This document shows positions 1 through 13,587 of a stretch of DNA of 64,000 bases, one piece after another. The DNA comes from Eremomyces bilateralis CBS 781.70 (Eukaryota). The translations under genes and the position numbers were made by a program. Each line of letters begins with the position of its first letter. Within the stretch, counting starts at the first letter, position 1. The notes below the pieces were generated by a model, which was given only the letters and a program-made list of their open reading frames with translations, searched no databases and was not told the DNA's origin. The stretch lies in assembly GCA_010015585.1 (NCBI GenBank), contig ML975159.1, one strand, 5' to 3'.

Positions 1-2969
1 ATTCGAGTCGCTCAACTAGCGTGGCAGCCTCGTCGGTGGCGCCTTTGGCTTCGCTGTACATGCCAGCACGGCTGTACATGCCGGCAACGAATAGCCAAAT
101 TTGAACGAGCAGAGCGGTTTTATACCGCTTTTCTTGGGCCTGAGGGTATCTTGGCTGTGGTTCGTGCCCGTTAGAACCCGGGAGTTGTGCAGGTAACCGA
201 GTATCCTGCCTGGGGGGGTTGTCTAGGTGCCCGACTGGGGCTGGGGCTTGATCGGGGGCGATATTGTGACCGATAGCAGGGAGGATGCCGGCTTTGGACT
301 CGCGGTGGTGGGGCCCATCCGTCGGAAGCGGCTCATCTGAGCCTTCGTGGGGCTTGTGGTTCTCGAAAATGGAAGAGGCGCCGGAAGTGCTGGGTCGACC
401 CTTTACCGAACCCTCTCGACTTGGCGGATGTTTCTTATGTAGCTTAGCACTTGCCGACCGCTTCACGGCCGCTGCTTGAGATGCTTTACGTCCCATGCTC
501 TGTCGCCGCTCTGGCGTTCCATCGTCCCCAGTGACTTGAATAGTGGGCGTCATGGTGACCTGCGTCATTCGAGTTCGCTGTGTTGCGCTTGTACCTGGCC
601 TTGACTCTGTGATACTGTCCGATGGAGCGGAAATGGGAGAGGCGGTTTTCGGCCTTCGGAAGCTTTTGCGGCTGAATATGCTTCCTTTCACCGTCCCATT
701 AGCACTTGGCGGCGGTGCCAACCCGTTTGACGGCTTGATGGTGTCCGCATCTGGGTTCCCGAAGAGTCTGGCGTAGAGAGCGAAGAGTTCTCCAGTAGAT
801 TCCACAGCAACGTCTGAGCCTTCAATAGTCTCGAGCAAAGCAATCTGTGTCATCTTGATCTGCAATATCCCTTCTTTTTCAAAGCCATTCATATCATCAG
901 CGATCCCTTTCGTTGCAGCTTTAAGATCCATTTCCGAATCTGTACTGGCTCGCATACCCGCTTCTGATCGACCGAAGAGTACAACCGTATCGTGGAATTG
1001 ATCAAATGCCGCCTCACAAGCTTTAGCTGCAACTGCGTAATCCGAGCGAGAGGATAACGCCAGGGCCAGTAAATGCCACAATGGCATCAACTGCCTTTCT
1101 CGCTGAAACATTGACGAACTTGGGCCTTGAGGGTATACCGAAGGGGTTTCCCCGTGGTGAACAGGCGCGAGGGCTTGTTTGGCCACCTTGATCGCATTCG
1201 GGAGATCCCGCATCTCCGCCATTTGGAAGGCCAAGGAGTATAGATACTCTATAGTCTTTGGTTTTCCAAACCGAGGATCAACAGCATTCCGGAAACTCTG
1301 GATTGCCTTCGCTTGGAGCCCGGCCCGTGCAGCGACGTCATAGGTCCAGCGCGCCCAATTCGACCTGCTGATGCCAATGGCGTGGTGAGCAAGAGAAACG
1401 AATTCTGGAGAGACTTTCGGATCGAGTTGGTGCTCAGTTTGTATGCTACCCTTCGACAGACGCCGGATCGGTACAAGCACATGGGATTTCAGCCACCTCT
1501 CAAATTCGTCACAGATCTTTTCGGCTCTTTCGGCTTCCTCGAAGGATCCGTACCGACACAAGAGCTTGATAGTCTCAGCATTGGTCCATATGAACGCATC
1601 AGGCCCATCAAGGGACGGATCCTCTTCCCCAGAATTCTCGTCTCGTTCTCTCCCTCTTTTTATGATCTCCGAGTAGGAATCAAATGCTTTCATTGCCAGG
1701 TCGAACTCGGTTAAATATGAATGGACCGTAAAAAGATGTCGGAGTATTTGAGGGCTGTGGAACGTTTTGGTCGCCGCACGGTAAAGGATGTCGAGTACTC
1801 CGCGTGCGATGGCCTCCTTTCCACCGGCGCCAAGTTCTTCGTCCTGCCATGATGGGCCACAGAGGATGCGCCAATTATCCACAACAGCCTCCACCCACAT
1901 TTCCACGTCCGAATTCCGTTCGTTGGCTTTGGGAAAGGTTGTGCTCTCCAAGATGAGCTTCTCGTTCGCCGTTTCAACACTCTTCAGTTCCGCCCTTTGT
2001 TTCAGCCTCGAGCTTAGGTAGTCTTGTGGGGAGAGATCATTTGCGCTTCTGACAATTGAAGGCTGCAGCTCAGGGGAGTTTGCATCGCAAAGTATATTTT
2101 GACGAAGCATTTCGGACAGCGCCTTGTAGTACGCCACCCATACATCCTTGTGCGATTGATCCTCTTTGAAGTTTGCTCGGGATTGTTGCCAATGTTGTGT
2201 CCATAATCGGAACCCGCCCATCATAGCGCTGAAATCCACGGATCCACCTGAGCGGAGTGGGATCATGGAAACCTCGCACAGTCTTGAGAGCACTCGGTTC
2301 GTCCACAGACCGAGCTGAGGTGTCATCTGTGAGCCAGGCGTTGGAAGCACCGGCAACAGAGCGCTATACGCTCGTGCAGCTTCAGCATGGCCTGCTGTCT
2401 TCTCTAACGCTTCCCCTTTGAGGTATCCTCCCTTAACGGCGCACACTTGGATCCATTTGCGCGATTGTCTTGCGGACAGTGGTATGCTTTCTAAACTCTC
2501 GGGAATATCATTCGGTAATCTCGATATTGCAAGTGCCGGCTCCCCTAAAGAGTGGTGGACCCAAGCAAGGCACACGCTTGCTTCGAACGCGTCTTCCGGG
2601 ATCGACTTCGCGTCTTCGATGGCGGTTAGGAGCGGTGGGATATGTTTCGCTAGATCTGTGTTTGAGGTGTCGGTGTCCGTAGCGAGCCATTCAGCAATGT
2701 GTGCCTCCACTCTTGCGGTCAATGCTAGGCCTTGGAAGGATCAGCACTGTAACACCCAGAACAAAGGGGGACTCACATTTGCGATTCGGCGCATGCTTCT
2801 CGATTTTGCGTGCGAGCTCCGGCACCAGCTGCCATTGCCCGTTACAGCGTTCGAGATCGAGTTGGGATATATACCGGGCGGCTTTTCCTCCCTCATGATT
2901 ATGTCGGAGCTGCAAGACCCTCCAAATTAATAGAGATCTCATCTCGGGGCAGAAGGACCAACTTGCCAT
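1..2969 (-). CDS. YPP1: Ypp1/TTC7-family (filamentation protein Rhf1-like) PI4-kinase scaffold; 3' end outside window
   Basis: Spliced translation gives KAARYISQLDLERCNGQWQLVPELARKIEKHAPNRKCLALTARVEA...EDAFEASVCLAWVHHSLGEPALAISRLP...WIQVCAVKGGYLKG, recognised as the fungal Rhf1/Ypp1 N-terminus. GTGAGT..AAG intron at 2776-2731. The gene appears to run off the window edge; the rest was not fully translated by hand. Confidence 0.8.
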
Positions 2970-3391
2970 GATGTAATAATGTATTGCGGTCGCCTCAAGA
3001 GCGACGCCAAAGGATTTATAATGCGTCCATGCCTCAGAATATAGATATTCACAGTCTTAGAAGGGTCGACCGTGTTCAGCCAGGAAATAACTAGACGAGA
3101 AGTTGCTCCTCAGATATTTGAACACAAGTACAGCAAGCAGGAGGTTGGTTGATATGAGGATCGGCATGTCACAGCCAAAAGTTGCTGGAACACAATGTCG
3201 ACACCTTAGGCATCAAATACGATATCAGATTCTCAGCAATTGAAGATTTCTAAAATATTTTGCACCTCGAGTGTTTGTCCTTCACCATCTCTCATAATTT
3301 CTGTTCATCGCAGCTGTTAATAATCAGCTAGGCCTGGGTTTTGTTTAATTGAGGGCTCGGTTCCTTCATTTGGACTTACTCCGTGGAAAGA

Positions 3392-5698
3392 ATGGCATCC
3401 AACCTCCGAACCATCACTTATCGACTCTCCTCCACTCCAAAACATCTCCTCCCACGAATTGCGCCCCAGCTAGTATCATTCCTCGCTGAGAGCAAAGATG
3501 CAATTGCATTCGATCAAGGGAAAGGGTCGGAACTTTCCATCCTAGCTCATAAACTTCGAACCCAGCTTTCTGCATTGCTCCAAGAAAAGAGTGTCCACTC
3601 GAGATGGACCGCCTTGGTCCTTATTAAGACCTACCTTGAGATTGGGGAATGGGATGCAGTCGAAAAATCTGCAAGCTGGGTTCGGGGCGTACTGCAACAT
3701 TTCCAGAGACCAAATCCCCTATCTGTCAAGCATTTATGTGTTCTGATCCTTTCAAGAGTCTTCCTTCTTTCTCAGGGTCATCAAACGTTCATTCGTGAAG
3801 TCGTCACACCTTCTCTATCGGCATTTGCAACTGCATGTCTCGATATACTAGGGACGACAAAGTACAGCCCAAACTTCACTCGTCAAAATGATCTCTTTCA
3901 GTCCGTCTTGTCCTGTCTTGGCGAGCTAATCCCAAATCACGCTACGTCTTTTCGTCCTTTCGAAACGAAACTGAGAGGCATATTGAAAGGGATTGCTTTC
4001 AATGACACCGTGTATATCGCAGAAAGTACCCGACAAAAGGCTGTGGATTTTCTGGTCGAGCTACACAGATGTGCCCCCAGGTCGGCCGGTGCCGAGGAAA
4101 GGAAGAAAGCGGTCAAAACATACGTGACCGAAATTCATGACGTCCTGTCTATCCTCTTCAGGGGCGTGGGAGAGGAGCATCAGCAACAATCTGCACAGAA
4201 AAATGGATTTACATCGCTTGAGGATGACCCATTACAAGACGACCCGACCCCTGCCGGGCTCCCTGGGTGGTCAGGGATCACGCCGGGCTTCGACAGAGGA
4301 ATTCGCCTGCTCCAATTGCTCAGGGCATATGTCGCGGTCCCATATCCCGATGCCGTCGACCTCCGGCTGGGTCTTGTAAATGACCTGTTGGCGAGGATAC
4401 TGTCTATGAAGGGTCCAGGTCCCGGAGAGATGGCAACTTGGGAGAAAGCCGGAAAGTTCAATTCTGCAGTCAGCATGGAAGAAATGAACGAGCTCTTTGC
4501 CCAATTGCCACTGTTCCATCTCGCCGCGATTGACATCGTTCTTTCCATCTCCAAGGTGCTTGGGACGGCCTCGTCCAGTGTCATGGCCCGAACCGCCGAG
4601 GACCTGAATTGGCTATTTACCACTAAAGCTCCGTCCTCTCAACTCCGACGTGCTGCGTACGACTTTTTATCGGCTTATATCCGCACCAGCGGACCAGCCC
4701 TCTCCAAAGATTCCATTTCCGACTTAGCTCCGGTCATGAAGTCCTGCTGCTCTGACCTCGTCCGCAATTTGGAGGCACCGAGTCAGGAAGCGAAGTCGAA
4801 CGGCGCTCCCCAGATAGAGGCGTTCACGACCTCGAAACAGAGACAAGGGAGCCCAAAGGAGTTGGACGCAGACCTATACCACGCGGCTTACAAGCTCTTG
4901 CCTCGCTTATTCAGCCTCCCGTCCAAGTACGTGGCTTCGTCACTTCGAGTACATTTCGACCAAGCCGCCCTCCTCCTTCTACATGAGGAGGCACTTTGCC
5001 TGAGCGCCGCAAACCCTCCCGCGGAAAATGCAAGCATACTGCCCCTGGCCAGAAGGTTACTGGGTTCCGTCGATCGACTCGATACATTGACTCGACCTCG
5101 TCAACCCGTCATATCCTCCACGTCTGGGACCTCGGACTTGGATGAGAATCAACTGCCTGCATCTAACATTGATGTCCAAAATACAATTCGGGAGTCGAGG
5201 CACGGTGATCCGATTATTACTATGTCGGAGGATGAACCCCATGGGCTTGCGCCCGAAGTTCAAACCACTATCATGGACGAGTCATCCGATCCCATGCAAG
5301 ACATCCTGCTGGCTCAGCATGCCGCTATGCCTTCGAACGGGGACCATGATAGCCTACCTCCAGACACGGCACGGGCAACGAAACGGCACCTTGAGATGGA
5401 GGAAGAACAATCCAAACGCCAGCGTCTGGATGTGCAAAGCTTGGGAACAACGACGACTCTTACCTCAACGTCAACCGTGTCAAAGACGTACCCAGTGGAG
5501 TCTGGCATTGACTCCGAGATTTCAAGCAATATCAAAAGCAAAGCAGAACAGCTCGCCAAGCCGGTGGCTACTGCTACGCCCGCGCAGAAAGCGGAGGCAA
5601 TTCAAGAAGTACAGGAAGAGCAGACAAGTGACGATGACAGCGACTTTGAGATCCCACCCCTTACAATGAATCCCGACGCGGATCTTGAATCCGACTAG
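3392..5698 (+). CDS. RIX1: Pre-rRNA processing protein Rix1 (PELP1 family)
   Basis: Single-exon ORF, ATG at 3392. N-terminus LRTITYRLSSTP...KLRTQLSALLQEK...RWTALVLIK, acidic tail DDDSDFEIPPL. Confidence 0.85.
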   Translation: MASNLRTITYRLSSTPKHLLPRIAPQLVSFLAESKDAIAFDQGKGSELSILAHKLRTQLSALLQEKSVHSRWTALVLIKTYLEIGEWDAVEKSASWVRGVLQHFQRPNPLSVKHLCVLILSRVFLLSQGHQTFIREVVTPSLSAFATACLDILGTTKYSPNFTRQNDLFQSVLSCLGELIPNHATSFRPFETKLRGILKGIAFNDTVYIAESTRQKAVDFLVELHRCAPRSAGAEERKKAVKTYVTEIHDVLSILFRGVGEEHQQQSAQKNGFTSLEDDPLQDDPTPAGLPGWSGITPGFDRGIRLLQLLRAYVAVPYPDAVDLRLGLVNDLLARILSMKGPGPGEMATWEKAGKFNSAVSMEEMNELFAQLPLFHLAAIDIVLSISKVLGTASSSVMARTAEDLNWLFTTKAPSSQLRRAAYDFLSAYIRTSGPALSKDSISDLAPVMKSCCSDLVRNLEAPSQEAKSNGAPQIEAFTTSKQRQGSPKELDADLYHAAYKLLPRLFSLPSKYVASSLRVHFDQAALLLLHEEALCLSAANPPAENASILPLARRLLGSVDRLDTLTRPRQPVISSTSGTSDLDENQLPASNIDVQNTIRESRHGDPIITMSEDEPHGLAPEVQTTIMDESSDPMQDILLAQHAAMPSNGDHDSLPPDTARATKRHLEMEEEQSKRQRLDVQSLGTTTTLTSTSTVSKTYPVESGIDSEISSNIKSKAEQLAKPVATATPAQKAEAIQEVQEEQTSDDDSDFEIPPLTMNPDADLESD

Positions 5699-5868
5699 AG
5701 CCCGGGAGCAATTTTTGTCTAGTAAATCTGGTGGATTGTGGCTATGAACCATACCTGTCAATAGATGCCCTTCCTAGAGCTACCCTAGGTTTCTAATTGA
5801 AAAAAGAGCCTTTTCCTTGGATGTCCTCGTGTTAAATTCAATGCACCCCTCGATCCCTATCCTCATGC

Positions 5869-8800
5869 TCATCGATCCAACGATTGACCCAAACACATCT
5901 CATAATACATCCCCCTCCTCCCCATTAACTCCCGGTGGTTCCCCTGCTCCACAATCTTCCCTTTATTGAACACGAAAATCACATCAGCGTCCTTGATCGT
6001 CGACAACCGATGCGCCACCGCCACCGTCGTTCTCCCCGCTTTCGCCCTCTCCAACGCCGCCTGCACCACCTTCTCCGACTCGGTGTCCAGCGCCGATGTC
6101 GCCTCGTCCAACAACAGTAGCCTTGGTTTGCGGATCAGTGCACGAGCGATCGCGATCCGTTGGCGCTGACCGCCGGACAATTGCCCGCCTTTCGAGCCGC
6201 AAAGCGTGTCGAATCCGTCCGGTAACGAGGTGATGAAGTCATAGATGTTCGATTGCTGCGACGCTTGGATGATCTGCGCTTCCGTCGCGTCCGTCTCGGA
6301 GAGGCCCATGGCGATGTTCTCCCGCACCGAGGCCTGGTAGAGAACCGGTTCCTGTTGGACGAGAGATAATTGTGCGCGGTAATGGCGCGGGTTGAGCGCC
6401 GTGATGTCTTTGTCGTCGAAGCGGATGACGCCGGAGACGGGGTCGTAGAGACGCTCAAGGAGGGCGATCATGGTGGATTTCCCGCAGCCGGACGGACCGA
6501 CGAAGGCAGCGAACTGACCGGGAAGGATGATTGGGCTGATACCCTTGATGACTTTCGTACCTGGTCTTCTTGGGTAGACGAAATGGATTTTCTCGCCTTC
6601 AATACCTCCAGGAGCGTCGGAATATTTCTCGTGCTCATTGGAGCCGTCTGCTTCGCGGACGATGGAAACTTTCTTTCGCAGCGCTAGGATGGTGTTGGCA
6701 GCGGCTTGTCCTTTGGTAATGCTCGTGGTGTAAGAGAAGAACGCGGCACCCGCTTCCTAGAATGAAATCGTCAGCCTTTGTTATCATTATGGGCCTCACA
6801 AGATAGGATAGCTCATACCCCTGAGAAGATGACGGACACAAACACAATAAAGAATTGGGTTGTGGTATATTCCCCGAAAGACATGAGGCGACCACCATAC
6901 CTGTCGCAAAGTAAGCACTTCCCTCAACAGTTCATCCAGGAGACTTTACCAGAAACCCAGCGCCATAGCCAAGAATGTCACCGATTGCGACAGGGCGTAC
7001 CAGAACATAGTCCACATTAACGCTCTCGCCGAGTGTCTCGCCACTCCCGCAACCTTTTCCTCGAACATGCCGACCGTGTGCTTCTCCAAAGTCAAAGAAG
7101 CAACAGTCCGAATGGCCGAAATCGCCTCCGTCGCAAACGCAGTTCCTTCTGCAAATCGTGCACCCGTGGCATCAGCCAAGTGGGTCTCCAAGCGAATGCG
7201 TAGGTAGCCACAGAAGACGAGGACCGGTAGCGCGCCGAACACAACGGCCAAAGCAAGGCGCCAGCCCACGATGAATGCTAAGATTGAGCTGGCGGTAATG
7301 TTCACAAAATTAATAAGGATCAGACCGACGTTGAACCCGAGGAGATCCATGAGGTTTTGCGGCTCGGATGCGAGTTTCGAGACCAGTGCTCCAGTGGCAT
7401 GTTCTGGGGCGTCGAAATAGGCAATATCTTGCCGCATGAGACTCTGGAACATTTCCAGGCGGTAATGCCGAGCGCATACCTGCAATGCTATTAGGCTTAG
7501 ATGCTTTATGGATAAGAACTAGAACTAACTTGAGCGATGGTGTTCGTTGCCCATCCTAAGATGCCGTACGCAGCGAGGTTCCCCAGAGCAATGATAAAGA
7601 AAAGGAGTGAGTTAAAGTTACCCTGCTTGATCATCTCTTCGCCTTCTAACTGGAACGTGTTAAAGACTCGGGAGAAGACGATGGCCTGCGCTGGGTACGT
7701 AGCACCTCCAATGATGCAGACGATCCCCGTGACAAGCAAAGCTGGGTAGAGTTCTTTGCGCTCAGCCAGCATGATCCACAAGCTCTTAATAAGCCCATAT
7801 TGCAGCTTCAGCTCAAGTTCTTTACCGGAGGTACCATCCCCTTCTCCAGGTTGGAGCATAGTCCCGAACCTACCCAAGGTCATCCTGGTAACCGGCTGCT
7901 CCATGTCATCATCCGCGTCATCATCTTCGGAGTTGCCTAAGTCTTGAATCCGGACAAGTCGGGCATAGATGCCGTCCGCCTCGATTAACTGATCATGGGT
8001 GCCTTGCTCCGTAACAGCCCCATCCGAGAGAACTGCAATGTTATCTGCATTTCTGACTGTCGACAGCCTGTGTGCGATGACAAGCGTCGTCCGGTCTGCG
8101 GACACGTTATCGAGCGCCTTTTGTACGATCTTCTCAGCTTTCGGATCCAAAGCACTAGTTGCTTCGTCAAGAAGCAGGACTCGTGGGTTAGAAATAATAC
8201 TGCGGGCAATCGCCAATCTCTGCTTCTGGCCGCCGGAAAGCATCATTGCTCGTTCGCCGACCTGGGTCTCATATTGCTGTCTCTTCAATTAGCGAAATGT
8301 ATTGACTTCAAGAGGAAGGTTCACAGTACCCATGGGAGTTGCTCGATAAACTCATCTGCATATGCCGCTTTACATGCCTCTTTGACCAATCTCTGTTTCT
8401 CTTCGATAGGTAAATCCACCATATCGGTGCCTTCCAGGCCCAGGGCCACGTTCTCAAAAATGGATCCGGTAAACAGTACGGGCTCCTGAGCGACAACCCG
8501 GATTTGACTCCGCAGCCAACGTATATTCAGCTGGGTGATCTCGACACCGTCAAAGTATAGATTTCCTTCGCTTGGGTTGTACCAACGATTCAGGAGGCCT
8601 ACCAACGTACTCTTACCCGACCCACTGGGACCGACGACCGCCGTTGTCTTTCCGGCAGGAAAATCCAGATTCAATCCTTTCAGCACAGGCACATTCTTTC
8701 GAGCTGGATACGCAAAACGCAGATTTCGAAGACGGATGTCTCCGGCACACCTCGCCGGCCGTTTACCTTCTTCGGACAATGCGTCGATTTCAGGAACTCT

Positions 8801-10089
8801 GTCAATCGTCTTGAACATTGCCTCCGCAGCAGAAGATGCCTTCGTGACGACTAAAATCTGAGGAGCAATTGTCGTCATCGCCGTGGCAGCCACGACAACT
8901 GCGAAAATGACGCTAGTACGCAGTTAGTACGTCCTAGACAATGGATAGGTGTCGATACATACGTTACAATATCTCCTGGATTGGTGATCTCGCCACTGCC
9001 GTACATTCGAATGCCCTGCCAAAATGCTAGGCTGTAACCCGAGAAAATGCAGAAGAACTCCGACGAAAACAGAATAGCGTAGTTCAGGGACTTCTTGCGG
9101 CCGAGCTTCTCCGCATCGCGCAAGATCTCGTCATATTTAGCACTTAGCTTAGGTTGCAACCAGAACGAGTGGACCGTCCGGATGCTCGAGAAGACATCCT
9201 CAGCAAGAACACTGGCTTTAGAAAGGGTTGACAAAAACCGGGCATCTTGCTTCACGTCCACCCCAACGCAGACGCTCGTGACGAGCAAAATTGCAGGAAC
9301 AACCGCCATCGTAATCCCAGTGAGCTTAGCGTTGACGTTAAATGCAACGACAAATGCGGCGACGAACGTCGCGGTGCCTTGAAGGGTTAATCCAAGCTTC
9401 TCTGATATGCCTTGGTTGACCTGGTTGCCATTCGAAGTGATCTGGGTGGGGATGGACCCGGGTCCTGACGTGTCAAAGAACGCGATATCCTGACGAACGA
9501 CATGCCGCAGGAAGTCAATCCGCAGAGCTTTTGTCGTTCGAATGGCGGAGATAGAAATAGCCACCTTGAGACTCGTTAGTGCCGTTGGTTCCACAAGATG
9601 CATGGCTGTCAAACCGTGTAGTAGTATATGAGAGCGAACTTGGCGATGAACAAATACACAAACCATAGCCTAAAACTTGTCAGTATGGCACTTTAAATAG
9701 ACATCAGATTGTCATGGGAAGGTAACATACGCCCACCAACCCAGAGAAGATCGGAACTCGTCTGGGGTGATTGCACCGATGGCAAAGTTATTGAAGACAG
9801 TCACAAATTTGCCGAACACAAGATCCATCAATGGAAGCATTGTGCCCGCTGCAATAGCAGCGAAGAAGCTGGTGCCATTTAAAATCCATCCTAAGCGGTC
9901 TGTATATTTAAAGATTCGCTATAACGTCATCAACGGTTTGCCCAAGTATCGCCAATGGATCGTCGTGCGACTTACGAAGTAGTTTCCCAAAGCACCTCCC
10001 TCTTCCTTTTGATCTTTCAAGTCGTCTTGGGGTTTCTTCGATGTATCCCACGAAGCGATGCTCGGGCATTTTTCGTCGTTATCGGTCAT
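5869..10089 (-). CDS. Full-length ABCB/MDR (P-glycoprotein-like) multidrug exporter, multi-exon
   Basis: TMD-NBD-TMD-NBD layout. Walker [10 protein letters not shown] and GPSGCGKST, signatures LSGGQKQR and LSGGQRQR, Walker [12 protein letters not shown] twice. ATG at 10089, GT-AG introns. Confidence 0.95.
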
Positions 10090-10926
10090 GTCTTCAACAG
10101 AACGCAGGACTCATGGTGCAGATTAAAGACTGCAAATGAAGAAACGACGAAAGTTAATGAAAAATGGATACAGGAATCACGAAGGACAAGAAGTCTTAGC
10201 AACATTAACCTGCGGAGAGTTTACCTATCTAGTGCATTTTACCATCCAGGTACGTCGTACGGTCTCCGCGCAGACGGCGATCTGATGGATGATCCATCAT
10301 CTTGCGGAGTATCAGAACACTGTCCAGATCACTAGTAGTAAGGTAATAATCCTGGCTGCAGCATCTTGAGTCTCGACCAAGCCGTTGAATTTCGGATCGA
10401 CATATTGTGCATCGTCGCTCAGGTTTAGAGTGGGTGCTTGGTCTTGGTTGTCGTCAATCTTCATCCGTGCTGGACTCTTGGACTCTTGGGCTTCTCCGCC
10501 ATTCGATTGATGGCAATTATACAAGATCTGTATCACCCAAGTCATCTTCAATGATTTCATGAGAATCTCGATTTCATCGAATTCGTCTAATGTGGACGAT
10601 GCAGCCACGAGCACCACCACCAAAGAACTTGAACTTGAAACGTTTGGATTCCGAGGGCGTAGGATGGGGATTGGACCCTTCCGTCTCGGTCATAGCGTCT
10701 TTTGTCTCCTCCGTAGTCCGTATTTCCGTAATTATCTAACTGCTGCTCTAGGGAACTCGAATCTTTCTGCTGCAATCATTTTATTCTATTTGGATATAAT
10801 TCTCAATGGGGCCTCTATAAAACTACGAATCGATTTACCTTGTTCCCTATGTCTTCCTAAGTCCTGATCAGTGTCTTATTCGTACTCTACCACCCTTGTC
10901 CTTCGTGGCGAAGCCGCGAAGGGGAT

Positions 10927-10948
10927 TCCGCGGATCCCGGACTCCGGA
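10927..10948. promoter_or_regulatory. PDRE-like palindrome TCCGCGGA plus adjacent CCGG/TCCGGA triplets in the shared ABC/TF promoter
   Basis: TCCGCGGA at 10927-10934 equals the yeast Pdr1/Pdr3 response element consensus. CGG/CCG triplets, the typical Zn2Cys6 half-sites, cluster here. Confidence 0.5.
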
Positions 10949-11119
10949 GGGTCGCGTGGTGGCGCAGGGCTACAAAGTACAACTTCTGATGGTTAATAAT
11001 AGCGCTAACTAGGATTTCAACAATAATACCTGCCCAGATGTGACACCACCTGAGAAGAGCACGGAAACCGTGGGAGCCGCCAGGAATATCAGTTCGTTGG
11101 ATGACTGCTGCGTGCCGGG

Positions 11120-13587
11120 ATGGAAAGTGAGATGGCGGACGCGACAGGATCTAGCCTGCTTCTTAAAGCGGTAAGGCTCGAAACATGATTCGGAAATCAA
11201 TGTATAACAGCAGTGGAGTTCTTGCTGATTTATCATTGTACAGTGTGACAATTGCAGGATCAGGAAGACTCGATGTGATAGAGGGAATCCGTGCTCGAGC
11301 TGCAGAGCCGCAAACCAATGTATGGCAAGACTAGTCAACAAACGAGAAAATTGACTGACCGGACCAAAGCATGTAGGACTACCTCACAGAGGCCAAAGGA
11401 GTCGAAGCATCGTGTGCTCATATCGTCTCAATAGTATGTCCAACGTAATTTTCAAATCGTCGTCGTTTGTGGTCCTTCCAGTCAGCGTTATCATATGTTA
11501 TTTGCATATCGGAATTTCAACACCATTCAATTGGTGTCTTGTGGATACACTAACTTAATAGCAGTGAGCGAAAAATCGATCGCATCGAAGAAAAGCTGGT
11601 AGATATCGAACATCTCCTACAGAACCGGAGTCTGGTCTCAGAACACTCCAACGATGGCGCATCGACGAGGAGTGGGAAGTCCCCCAATGCACCAAGCGGC
11701 GATGGGATCTCTCCCGCATCACACATACCGGATCATCCGACCTTTGAAGGCGATTCATCGCTCAGTGCTCAATCTACCTTTGCTCACGAGTTCCTTGAGC
11801 GAGCGATAAGCAGAAATTCATCTCAAGATCCGCAGATGGCTGAGGCGCTCGCTTCGCTCCGGAGCATGGTCGACGGGCAAAATGAGCCGGCTCCAACCCA
11901 CAGCCGCTTCATTGATCCGAAAAACTCAGGAGCCTCATTCGCGCTGCCGCTACCTCCCAAAAGCCTTTTACTGGATATACTTGCGAGATCCAAAGGTTTG
12001 GCCTAGCGGATCAGGTCTGATATCTCCGGCTGATAGTTGCAGATAACTTTTTCGTTGCAATGTTCCTACCATCTCTCGACCAACTCCGATTCCGCGAGAT
12101 CGTTGAAATTGCATACGACCGCAAAGAGGAGCTCACTATCACGAAAGGCCTACTTTTCTTCGGCGTGGCCCAGTACATGTTCCTCGAATTTGGTAAGACG
12201 GGCCCGGACGGACGACAGGGCGATGAATTTCTCAAGCATGTTGCTTTTTGTCGACGGAACTTCGAATATCTCTTGTCGTCTCTACCCCTGCTCTTACCCG
12301 CCACCTCGGAGAATATCGAGGCTCTACTCCTCGCCGCTTCGTATGCGGTGGAAATCTCGAAACCGTCGTTATGTTGGACCATAACCACCAATGCCGTTGC
12401 AATGTGCAAGACCCTCGGATATCACAGAATTTCTTCAATGAAGAACGATTCGCAAGAAGTCAAAGCGAGTAAAATGGTCAATTTTTGGCTGTTATATATC
12501 ATCGAAAAAAGCCTCGCGTTGCGGCTCGGTCGAGCATCAAATATCCACGACTACGACATCTCTCTTCCTTCAGTGTCCTCGCTCTCTTTCGAAGGCTACC
12601 CATTCGGCCAGGTTCTGACTTATTGGGTTCGGGTCGCGGAGATCCAAGGAAAAGTCTACGAAGAGCTATTCAGTCCAGGAGCATCGGGGAAATCCGAATC
12701 CGATCGGACCCGGTCTGCTCGTTTTTTGGTGTTCGAGATGGATGACGCTTGGAGCAAGTACCAAACTGTAAGAGAGAGCCATATCCGTACGCAGAACTTG
12801 TCAACTGACTGTATCAGCTTTCATTTCAACCCGAGTACGGCGAGTACATGAACGTCCTTACGAAATCAGATCAGGTGGCCCATCAGTCCGTGCTTGTCTT
12901 GATTCATCGTGCGATGCCTCCCGACGATTTTTCTACCTCTCAGTTTAGCTCCGAATGCCTCGAAGTCTCGAGGAAGGCCTTAAAATCCCACGAATCCACA
13001 AGTAAACACTTCAAGGGCAAGGGCGAGGAGTACTGGTCCGGCTACCTACACTGGTGAGATTATCCTTCAAAACCCGAGGAGTTCAAATACCTAATATTGC
13101 ATCCAGGGCTGTTCTACAAGCGCCATTTACCCCATACATGGTCCTTTTCTGCCACGTCATTGCCTCCAACGACGATTCCGACCTCCAGTTGCTTGAAAGC
13201 TTCGTCCAATCTCTGAAACCATCCAAACCGCAATCCGAAGGTATTGAGAAGATGTACCGACTATGCTACGTCTTCCATCAGGTTGCCAAACTCTACGTGG
13301 ACTCTGGAAGAAAAGCCGTCGAGATGGACTTGAGCTCTTTGGAGACCCCCGGTAATGCGGCTGCCGACATAAACTTCTCTTACGGGCACGGCCAAGGGAA
13401 CGCATTCGATCCGTATGCCTTTGCGCTGGCATTCGTTCCAAATGCTCCGTTCGCTGGTGACGTCAGCGGCGATGTTCCGGTGGTCCCCACGGATGGGGAT
13501 GCAATGCCGATTGACAGTTTGGGTGACTGGTTTAACAGCCACCAGCATATCATGAGCTTGCTTGAAAACGACATTCCGGAACAGTAG
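11120..13587 (+). CDS. Zn(II)2Cys6 transcription factor with fungal-specific TF (middle homology) domain
   Basis: Exon 2 encodes CDNCRIRKTRCDRGNPCSSCRAANQ(C). Later FWLLYIIEKSLALRLGRASNIHDYDI and PFTPYMVLFCHVI. Canonical introns. Confidence 0.9.

Noticed and set aside
285..2930. Many short ORFs on both strands
   Set aside because: Antisense or off-frame shadows of the YPP1-like gene.
10312..10623. 103-aa minus-strand ORF in the ABC/TF intergenic region
   Set aside because: No ATG start, no recognisable motif or splice support. An old gene fragment cannot be excluded.
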